Positions 25,311-35,373 of a DNA stretch of 64,000 nucleotides are shown here, piece by piece; the stretch's first letter is position 1, and every line of letters starts with the position of its first letter. The notes under the pieces are model-generated. The model was not told where the DNA came from, made no database searches, and worked only from the letters and a program-made list of their open reading frames with translations. Made by a program: the position numbers and the translations under genes. The stretch is from Camelus dromedarius. Taxonomy: Eukaryota. The stretch is taken from positions 46,316,001-46,380,000 of the forward strand of contig NC_087447.1 in NCBI RefSeq assembly GCF_036321535.1, given 5' to 3'.

Positions 25311-26894
25311 AATACCTTAACAAATGCTAACTCTGACCAGCTGTTACATAGCTGCCAGCCTTCTCATCTTGAGTAAGCTAAGGATGAGACAGAACATGAC
25401 CCCCCCGTGCCTGCTCCAACTAGTCCAAAGATGCTATCTAGGGGGAGATTTGGTCACGCTGCTGGACTCCAGATTGAGGCAGAGTCTCTCCTCTATGACT
25501 ATCTCTGCCCCATAACCAGAAGCCCCACAGTGGGATGCAGGAAACTTGCTAGTTGCAGCCTGTGCAAGGAGCAGCCCCTGCCGGTGAACCTGGGGAATCA
25601 TCTGGAGCTTGTTTTGCTGGCTTTGCTCATTGGTTGAGGACTGAGAAGGAACAGTGCTTCCTTTTATCATGAGGTGAACATGTTTCTCAGCAAGGAACAG
25701 TCAAGCTCAAAAAAGACATTGATGTAACAGGAACTCATTACGGATGCTCATCCAAGCCCCTCACGTTATAAGAGGGAGGATCACCAAAAGCCTTGAGGGA
25801 ACTCTCACCTCTCAGGTTATGGGAAGACCTGGAGGGTAATTGCCAATCCTAAGCAGAGGCCGTTTGGTGCTGCCCAGAGGCAGACACGCTGAGGGACGGC
25901 AGTGTGTAAGGCCTCGGGCTCAATCTCCTCACCTGAGGTGCTGGCTTTGACACCCCAGTTCCAGCACTCACCATCGCTCCAGAGCTGGTGTCTCCTCTCA
26001 TCCGAACCTCTGTTTGTGAGAAGCATTTTTTTGCAGTGTCAATAAAGACCAGTGCTTTATAATCGTCCTGGTGGAGGTAGGGAAATAACAGGTCTGCTGG
26101 GATCTGAGTGCAAATCCAAGAGATTTTCATAGTTGAACTTCCTGAACCCCCTGAGTGCTGGGCCAGGCCGCTGGGGGACTTGAAAGGAAGTATCAAGCAG
26201 TACATGCTGATGATTTTTCCTAGGGGGCGCCAGAAGGAGACTAAGGTGCACCTGCTCTTTCCCAAAGAGCCAGCCCCTTGAAGAGCCTGTAACAGATGGA
26301 GGTAGGTGGGGACTGAAAGGATGGTTAGAGACTGACACACACTCTGTCCTTCTGGGGCAACAGAGGCTGTGAGGAATTTCCATTTCTAGAGAGAATGAGA
26401 AATCAGGCCTGTAACCAAAAAAGATGTGCTTTAAACATGGAGAGCATGTTAGAGAGGAGAAAAGTTTTCTATCTAACTTTACGCCTGTACCTAGGCAATG
26501 GAGGTGGTTGAAAATAAAGCTATAATGATGAAGCAATACGTCTCATCTGTTAATATCCTCAGAGATCAAACATCAAGCGTGATGTAGTTGAAAGGCTGTG
26601 ATCTATTTCTGGATCTCTCACTCATCAACTTTGTGATAATGAGCAAATGACTAACTCTGAGCTTTTCATGCTTCACCTGTAAACAGGGAATAATGGTTAT
26701 TTTATGGGATCATTGTTAGAATGATGTTAGAATAGTTAGCCACTCAGAAAGGAGTTTGGCACATCATATAAGCGCCATACATGCTCCCTTTCCTTTCCAA
26801 TAGGAAATTGGGAACGGCCTTCAGTAATCTGCCTGGACTCCTCTGCATTGACTGTCGACATGCCACCTCCTTCACCACTCATAGAGCTTGGGGT

Positions 26895-27270
26895 TTTTAA
26901 AATAAACTTTTTATCATGGGATAGATTTAGAACTTTTTACAGAAAAGTCACAAAGAGAGGGTAAAGAGTTTCTGTATATCCTTCACCCAGTTTATGTTAA
27001 CACAATACATAAACATGGTACGTTTGTCAAAACTAAGGGGCATTACTTACTATTGGTACATTACTGTGAACTAAAGTTCAGATTTTACTTGGACTTCACC
27101 TGTTTTTCCGCTAGTATCTTCTTTCTGTTCCAGGATCCAACAGTTTCCATATTGCAATTAGTTATCATTTCTCCTTAGTCTCTTCTGGCCTGTGATGGTT
27201 TCTCAATTTTTCCTTGGTTTTCATGACTTTGAGAGTCTTGAAGACTATTGGTCAGTTATTTTGTAGAAGT
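26895..27270 (-). mobile_element. L1MC-like 3' end fragment
   Basis: acagaaaagtcacaaagag..agagtttctgtatatccttcacccag..ttccaggatcca..tattggtcagttattttgtagaa. Confidence 0.6.
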
Positions 27271-29775
27271 TCAGAGCTCTTAATTCACTTACTCCAACCA
27301 TTCCTCCTTCCTTCCTCTCCATCAAGGAGAGGTGACAGGCTACACTGCAGGATTCCACAACTCCTCTTTATTCCACCCCAGATCCCAGTGTGTCCTGCAG
27401 ATTAGAGAACAGGATATTTCCAGGTTCTATCTGCTTGAGGCCATTAGCAGTTCCTGAGGTTTTCCAGGTGGTTCTTCCAACAAGGAGACCAATCCCTGTC
27501 CTCCATGGACTGCACCCCAATATAAATCCTCCCATAGCTACGACACACCCTTTCTTCATTCTCTGAAATTTTAGAAAATTTGCAGTTTCTTTTTGTGCTT
27601 CAGTTTCTAAAGGTAAAGATTGCTTTTTAACAGATTCTTAACTGTTTTGTTGAAACACTGACATCACTCTGATGTTCTTTAGCTTTTCTAGTACCTAATT
27701 CTAGATTGCTTTCTCTGCCTTAAAATAAATGTGGCTAATGCAAGGTCTTGTCTCAAACCAGGGATGGGAGAGGAAAAGGTAAGTGGAAGTAGATGGGTGA
27801 AACTTAAGAGCAATTCTATCTGCTTATGAGAGACTGCTCCACAATCTATTCATTTTAAAATCTACATTAGCCAAAAGTCTTTGAAATGATTCACAAAATT
27901 GGGGTTGCCTTATTCACTGTGCTTTACCCAGGGCCTAATTAGGCACTAATCCTATTCTGTAGTAGCTTATGCCTCTAAAAGACAGCAAAGCATGTGTAGA
28001 AACTAAACTGGTGTATTATTTTCTACTTACTAGACAAGGAGAAATAGAGAAGGCTTTATTTAAAAGAGGATAGTGTATGAGTTGAGATTTCAAGGAAAGT
28101 TTGGCCTTAAATATAAAAAAGTGAATAGCTTGCCTGGATTATCATTAAGATCGTTCTATATGGAATCAAGCAGAACTTTATTAAACTTCTTACTTTTAAA
28201 CTAGGTACCCTGTGCCAGGTACCTAAGACTCTAAATGCATCAGCATCCAATTAAGATGATAAGACTATCCAGAGAGGTGTAAATGAGATGGTATATAAAC
28301 GCTAAGCCAGTTGTTTGCATGTTTGCTCTCATATATATGCCTTCCCCCTCTTCATGGCAAGAGGTTAATTCCTGAATGCTCGGTTCCCAAGGCTCCCTTG
28401 TGATCTGGTTTCTAAGGATTTAGGCATTGCAAATATTAAAGGAAGATTAACTAGATCCTCTAGATGAGCCTGAGGTATGATTAAATTAGCAACCTTTATT
28501 CAGTAGGCAATGAGAATAAGAAAAAAGAGAAGTGAGGCAATCAGAGTTGGGAGAGAGGGAAGTGAGGCAAGGAACAACACAGAACAATGAAGTTCAATGC
28601 ATTACCACACTGGATAATGATTCATAATGAGCTTCCAAAAAGACAGGGTAGAGCAAGGATACTGATCCTCAGGAACAAAGATTTGGGTCACCTCACCAGG
28701 AAAAGAACACTGAAGTACTGAAGTACTGGCAGTGAAGGAGGAGAATTTGGAATGAGTGGCAACTTTGCTCTTACAGCCATTTGCCAAGGCCAGAACTGGT
28801 GCAGCTATACATATGTTATGTTAATTGATCTGTGTGTATATTATTGAATATATACCAATTCTGTAATGAATGTATTAATATCCTTGTTTAATAGATGAAT
28901 AAATTGAAGCTCAGAGAGATGGCATACAACTAGTAAATAGCAGGGTTAGCACTGAATCCATGTCTGCCCCATCATGAAGCCCATGCTTTTTTCTACCTCT
29001 TCCAACAGTGGCCTCCTCTGTGCCTGCAGGAAACCATGGAGGGTCTGCAGTGATGTGAAACAGTGCTATTTTCTGAGTGTCTGCAAATTCACATACAGGT
29101 CTCTTCTTTCTTCTTCTTCTTCTTTTTTTTTTTTTTTCCTTTTGTGCTTTTTCCACTTTGCTTTCTGGCACTATGTTCCTGGAATCAAATCTGAGTACAG
29201 TGGTACAATTTGGACATTAGATGTCACCTGATAGCTTTCACTGAGCAAATTCTCTTAAAAACAGAGTTGGAAATTTCAAAGCATGAAGTGTCTTTAGGTC
29301 TCCTAAATCTATAGAAAATATTAAGCAAAGTTCAACTGATGTTTTGACCTTAAGTTATACAGGGACCAAAAAAAAAAAAAAAAGAATAAAGAATGTCTGA
29401 ACAGGAAGGAATTGAGAATTCTTCTAGCTTCCTGTTTTCTACTTCCTCCTCTACAGCCTATGACCACATCCCTATCAGCTGCCCCTACAGTCACTGCTTG
29501 AACTGTCAGGGCAGCCCTGTTATCTCCTTCCTGGCTGTCCCTAAAATGAGGGTCTTCCCTGGGCCTTTAACTCTCATGTACCTATGTTTCTGTGTCACTT
29601 CAAGCTAGTTATCCTACTCCATTCAGCCTCAGGGTCCTCTCCCGTAATATGAGTAATAACCCTGGATTGCTAAGCTGTTGTGTAGCTGAAATAACATAAC
29701 CTGACATAGCAACACTATTCACAATAGCCAAAGCATCCATCAACAGATGAATCCATAATCAAAATGAATATCCAT

Positions 29776-31131
29776 GGTGTCACGAAAACTAGACAGCAGC
29801 ATGTAAATCAATGAAGCTAGAATACTCCTTCACACCATACACAAAAATAAACTCAAAATGGATTAAAGATGTAAACATAAGACGAGACACAATAAATCTC
29901 CTAGAAGAAAACACAGACAAAACATTATCTTACATACATCTCAGCAATGTTCTCCTAGGGCAGTCTGCCCAAGCAATAGAAATAAAACCAAAAATAAACA
30001 AATGGGAGCTAATTAAACTTACAAGCTTTTGCACAGCAAAGTAAACCATAAGCAACAAAATGACAACCTACAGAATGGGAGAAAATAGTTGCAAAAGATG
30101 AAACTGACAAAAGCTTGATCTCCAGAATATATAAACAGCTCATACTACTTAATAAGAAAAAAACAAACAACTCAATCCAAAATGGGCCGAAGACCTAAAC
30201 AAGCAATTCTCCAATGAAGACATACAAATAACCAATAGGCACGTGAAAAAATGCTCAATATCACTAATTATCAGAGAAATACAAATCAAAACTACAATGA
30301 GGTATCACCTCACACCAGTCAGAATGGCCATCATTCAAAAGTCCACAAATGACAAATGCTGGAGAGGCTGTGGAGAAAAGAGAACCCTCCTACACTGCTG
30401 GTGGGAATGCAGTTTGGTGCAGCCATTGTGGAAAACAGTATGGAGATTCCTCAAAAGACTAAAAATAGACTTACCATATGACACAGCAATCCCACCCCTG
30501 GGCATATATCCAGAAGGAACCCTACTTCAAAAAGACACCTGCACCTCAGTGTTCATAGCAGCACTATTTACAATAGCCAAGACATGGAAACATGGAAACA
30601 ACCTAAATGTCCATCAACAGATGACTGGATAAAGAAGTTGCGGTATATTTATACAATGGAATACTATTCAGCCATAAAAAATGGCAACACAATACCATTT
30701 GCAGCAACATGGATGTCCTTGGAGAATGTCATTCTAAGTGAAGTAAGCCAAAAAGAGAAAGAAAAACACCATATGATATCACTCAAATGTGGAATCTAAA
30801 AAAAAAAAAAGAAGAAGATAAATGAACTTAAATATGAAACAGAAACAGACTCACAGACATAGAATACAAACTTGTGGTTGCCAGGGGGAGGGGGGTGGGA
30901 AGGGATAGGCTGGGAGTTTGAGATTTGTAGATACTGACAGATATATATAGAATAGGTGAACAAGTTTATACTGTATAGCACAGGGAAATATATACAAGAT
31001 CTTGTAGTAGCTCACAGTGAAAAAGAATACGAAAATGAATATATATATATTCATGTATGACTGAAAAATTGTGCCGTACACCAGAAATTGAGACAACATT
31101 GTATATTGACTATAACTCAATAAAAAAAGAT
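29776..31131 (+). mobile_element. Younger 5'-truncated L1 (ORF2 C-terminus + 3' UTR), lineage-specific
   Basis: ORF2 peptides [41 protein letters not shown]; an 8-bp catggaaa duplication at 30583-30598 causes a frameshift; TSD aaaatgaatatccat (29761-29775) / aaaataaatatccat (31132-31146). Confidence 0.92.
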
Positions 31132-31509
31132 AAAATAAATATCCATATTCATGAATAACCAATGGAATATTATTCAGCCTTAAAAAATGAAGGAAATCCT
31201 GTCACTTGCTATCACATAGACCAAACTTGAGAACATTAAGTGAAATAAACCAGTCACAAAGGGACAAATCCACAAATGATTCCACTTATAAAAGGCACCT
31301 AACATAGTCAAACTCATAGAAACAGAAAACAGAATAGTATTTGCCAGAGGCTGAGGGGAGAGAGAAACGGGGAATTATTGTTTAATGGGTACAGGGTTCC
31401 AGTTCGGCAAGATGAAAAAAGTACTGTGCATGGATATTGGTGATGGTCACACAACAACATGAAAGTATTTAATGCCACTGAAATATACATTTAAAAACGG
31501 TTAAGATGG

Positions 31510-33198
31510 AACTGCCCTCGGAAAGAGAATCAAGTGAGCACCTGACTTCACTGCTGACCTGAAGAGAGAGCCGGCTTGCTGCAGCACCAGGCAGACTCCC
31601 TAGGCCTGAAGTGACTCAATGCCGGCTCCCAAGAACACAGCCTCTCCCCAGCTCCGGCTCCTACTGCCTCAGAGACCTCGGCAGCCTCCAAACAGGGCTT
31701 CCTGGGGGCTCCTGGAAAACCAGGCCCCGTCTCACCTGGCGCTTGCTGGCTCCAGCCGCCTGAGGAGTCTCCCGTGACAACAAGCCAACAACGGCTTTCC
31801 GTGAATCAAGAAACTGGCTCACCGTGCGTCTCCCCACCCTAGGCCTCCCCACACGCCTCGCCCCTTGTGTACCTGCCACTCAAGCAGCCTCAGGTGGCTC
31901 CTTGGCTCCAGGCTCTCAGCAGGCTCCAGGGAATCCAGGCGATTCAGCCGGCCAGCTCCAGGAACCTTAGGTGGCTCCACGGCACCAAGTCCACGGAGGG
32001 CTTCCGCCAGCCAGTCGGCTCACCGAGATGCCTGCCGGCCCGCGAGGCCCCACGCGTCTCGCACGGACCAGGCGGCGTCCACGAGACCAGGCTTCCGCAG
32101 GTTTCCGCAATCCCGCAATCCTGCAATCCTGAGGGCTTGGTCTCCCAACCGCGCCTGCGCATGCATGCGGCTCCCGCAGCCCCGAGCAGTTCCGGATGCG
32201 GCCCGAGGCATCTCCCAGCATAAAGCCAACCCAGAAAAGCACAACATCACCATATAGATTGAAGTCGAGAGAGGGCATCATCAGAAGAACCCACTGGTAT
32301 TACAGAGCAATGGTTTGAAAATTCTTGGAGGTTAGGGCATGACCCCCCCCCCCCCAGGACTGTCTAACCCTTACCTGTGGGTGTGATGAAAGCTTTGGGT
32401 GCCAGAGATGATGGCAGAATGAGTGGGATAAAGTGCTGAAGATCAGAGGTGGTGGCATGTGGTTGAGAGAGCCAATTCACTAGCTTACAGAGCTTCTCAA
32501 GCCCAAGGGTTGGTGGTGGAATTTCATCATCAGTGTATTGAACTCACATGTGTTCAACATGAGTGAGCATCACAGCAAATCAGCATGATTGGGTCATTTT
32601 GGTGATCCAATCTCACACAATCTAGTGAAAGAAATACTGTCAGTCATCAGGAGCAAAAAGTGTGTTAGGCCTTCTTTGTAGAATCTTGAAGCCCTTAGAC
32701 AATTCCATAAACATGAGTGCCGAACTCCTTGTGACTTTTAGTGGATCCCATGCATAGGAAGTTTCCTAGAGCCCTGAAGGGAGAAGTGGGGACTGAGGCT
32801 CACACAATTTCTGGGCAGGGCTCAAGGAACTCCACTCATACATCACTACCAGTTTCAGCTGTTCCTAGGCAATGGGGGAAACCTTCCTCTGAAAAATCAA
32901 AACATGGGAACCCCCTAAGGAATGGGGCCAGGGGCAGGGCCACTGCCTATATCTAAGGACAGCACTTCTTTTATGCTAGTACAGAGTTTCTAGCCTCAGC
33001 ACTAGTGACTTTTTAGCTGAATAATCCTTTTCTGTGGGGGACTGTCCCATGCGTTGTGGGATGTTAATCAGATCCCTGACCTCTACTCACTGGATACCAG
33101 TGGTATCCCTCTCTCCCCAAATGTGACAACCAAACATGTTTCCAGACATTATCAAGTGTCTTCTGGGGAAGTAAAATCAACCTTGATTGAAGGGGAAT
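31510..33198 (+). mobile_element. TSD-flanked ~1.7 kb non-L1 insertion (putative retrocopy of an unidentified transcript)
   Basis: Duplicated target aaaaacggttaagatgg (31493-31509) / aaaaggttcagatgg (33199-33213) at a TT/AAAA site; AGTAAA at 33170-33175 before a short purine/A-rich end. Confidence 0.6.
32982..33190 (+). mobile_element. MER20 (hAT-Charlie) DNA transposon, 3' terminus clipped
   Basis: cagagtttctagcctcagcact..tgtgggggactgtcc..tgtgacaaccaaacatgtttccagacatt matches the MER20 pattern. Confidence 0.8.
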
Positions 33199-33499
33199 AA
33201 AAGGTTCAGATGGCAAATTTTATGTTATGTGTATTTCACCACAATTTAAAAAATAATAAAACAATCTGAGAAAACCCCTAGGTCAGTGATAAGCACACAG
33301 TTGTTGCTCAATAAATGTTCACTCCCATCTTACCACTCACTCGTGTAATGCTGCCTTGGGGAGCATGGGGAATAAATCTCTCCCCATGTTAAAAGAATAC
33401 CAAGTCTCCTGAAGAGGAAATGTTTCTGGGAGTAGGAAACAGAAGGTGGCCTTCGCAGGAGAGCTCTGGGCACCCCTTCTGTCCATCCAAACCTCCTTC

Positions 33500-33835
33500 A
33501 GAGCAGCTCCCGCACGTGGGCGTGGCAGGTAGGCCTGCGTCAAAGGAAGTATCATGACGCCCCCACGTAACAAATACGATATTTTCCTCTATTAGACAGA
33601 GAGGACATGGGCGGGAGCGTAAAGCAAGGACTTAATGCTGTGGCGCTTTCACATAGTCCCCGCCTCGAAGAAACCCCAGCCCGAGGCTTCTGACTCTTGC
33701 AACGCCTTAACTCCTCCCTCCTCCTCTCTTTGCCCCTCCCACTTTCCCCTCCCTTCACCCTCCTCCCTCTCAGACTCGCCTTTGACGGGAAATCGAAAGT
33801 GAAATAAGGAACCAGCTGCTGAGTCCTCTGAAGAG
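33500..33835 (+). promoter_or_regulatory. TRIM21: TRIM21 promoter and non-coding exon 1 (donor at 33835/33836)
   Basis: Locally CpG-enriched. E-box CACGTG 33513-33518, CRE-like half sites flanking GGAAGT 33536-33560, GC box GGGCGGG 33609-33615, ISRE 33789-33804, consensus donor GAG|GTAAGT at 33835/33836. TRIM21 is known to have a non-coding first exon. Confidence 0.75.
33789..33804 (+). promoter_or_regulatory. Interferon-stimulated response element (IRF/ISGF3 site)
   Basis: GAAATCGAAAGTGAAA is three GAAA cores with 2-nt spacers, just upstream of the exon 1 donor. TRIM21 is a known IFN/IRF-induced gene. Confidence 0.85.
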
Positions 33836-34360
33836 GTAAGTGAACTTGCCTAGATCGAGGTACCCCAGCCCTCCTTGAGGGACCGCTCTACCCTGCCCCA
33901 GATCTGAAAAGCCCCCTCCAACCAGTTCCCTCCCCTAGAGCCTTTGGTCTCAGTTTTCCCGCAGCAGGGCCCCCTCAACCCTAACCCAGCAGTTCGGTGC
34001 CGCACGTTTGCCTGAGGGGAAGCTAGGCTGTGAACTTGACTTCCAGGTGCCCCAGAAGGAGCTAGGCTGCCCTGCTGCTGGCACCTGAGCCGGGACAAGA
34101 GGCCTGGGGAAGCCAGGAGAACTAGCACTGAAGGCAGCCTAGCTTGGAGGATGGTCCAGAGGAACCCAGTGTGGGGTAGACCTGCAATCTCCAAGACTCC
34201 CATCCCCAAAAGTACCCCCTGGAGGTGAAAGGGGCAGGGTTGCTCAGGATGTTAGAAATGTATGGGTCTATGCCCTGGGGGAAACGAAGACAGGTACCAG
34301 GTTCAGAGTAGTTGAGAGAAGAGCCCAGGGTGTACTCAATCACCCACACATTCGTGTGCG

Positions 34361-34490
34361 TATACACATATGTATATACATATACACATATATGCCCATA
34401 CAGATATACATATGTATTTATGAGAATATATAAGAAAAAATATATTCTTATGTATATATTCATATGTGTATATGTGTGAGTATATATATA
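34361..34490. repeat. (TA/CA)-rich low-complexity microsatellite in TRIM21 intron 1
   Basis: tatacacatatgtatatacatatacacata... visible directly. Confidence 0.85.
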
Positions 34491-34965
34491 TTTTTTGCCA
34501 TTATTGAAAAGATTAATGAAGATGTAGATGAAGTGTCTAGCACCTGACACATGGAAGGTACATGGTAAATGGTCACTATTATTAGGATTAGCTTCTCAAG
34601 AAAGTGGAGGACTGGTGGCCTGAGATGGAAGATTGGTGGGTAAAGCCTGGGCATGAGGGTTTAAGCAGAGAAGGACATGATGAAAGTAGGATTGTAACAG
34701 CTTCATCTCAGCTTCTCAGCAATTTTCGCTGTCTCGTTTGGGGACTCAGTTTCTCCTTCTGTCTGATCAGTGGACCAGACTGTGACGGAGGAGCTTGTGT
34801 TATTCAGGTTGATGTCCTTGACTTTTCTTGTTTTCACTCCCTCCTGTTTTCCTTTGAATTGTTTGTTTTTCTCTCACCACTCTTCTCTCCCCCTTTCCTT
34901 TTCTCCTCTCCCCACTGGGCCCCTGCAAGATCTCCCCAGTGCTGCTTAATAGGTACATTACCCCC

Positions 34966-35373
34966 ATGGCCTCAGCAGTGCCCTTGGCGATGATGTGGGA
35001 GGAGGTCACGTGCCCTATCTGCCTGGATACCATGGTGGAGCCCGTGAACATTGAATGTGGTCACAGCTTCTGCCGAGAATGCATCTCTGAGGTTGGGAAA
35101 AATGGGGGCAGCGTCTGTCCTGTGTGCCGGCTCTGCTTCCTGCTCAGGAACCTCCGGCCCAATAGGCAGTTGGCCAACGTGGTGGACAACCTTAAACAAA
35201 TCAGCCAGGGTGCCAAGGAGGGCACACAGGGAGAGCTGTGTGCGGTGCACAGAGAGAGACTTCACCTGTTCTGCGAGGCAGATGGGAAGGCCCTTTGCTG
35301 GGTGTGTTCCCAATCCCGGAAACACCGTGACCACCCCATGGTCCCTGTGGAGGAGGCTGCTCGTGAGTACCAG
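34966..35373 (+). CDS. TRIM21: TRIM21 coding exon 2 (RING C3HC4 + B-box2)
   Basis: ATG at 34966; [46 protein letters not shown]; donor CAG|GTGAGG at 35373. Confidence 0.95.

Larger units (their letters stand above)
29700..33260 (+). mobile_element. Old L1MB-like 3' end split into three pieces (29700-29775, 31147-31509, 33214-33260) by two later insertions
   Basis: Joined, the pieces give a continuous L1MB-type tail: catagcaacactattcacaatagcc..|..caatggaatattattcagcc..aaaaacggttaagatgg|caaattttatgttatgtgtatttcaccacaatttaaaaaa. Confidence 0.75.

Noticed and set aside
25849..26536. Minus-strand ORFs of 163 and 159 aa
   Set aside because: Non-ATG starts, overlapping frames and no recognisable family.
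29811..30799. Three ORFs of 71-129 aa
   Set aside because: Frameshifted fragments of L1 ORF2.
31865..32281. Overlapping 100-130 aa ORFs in the CpG-rich block
   Set aside because: Several frames on both strands are open because of high GC; the peptides are low-complexity and unrecognisable.
34939..34965. Upstream extension of TRIM21 (MLLNRYITP)
   Set aside because: It begins at GTG around the splice acceptor; the conserved start is ATG 34966 (MAS).
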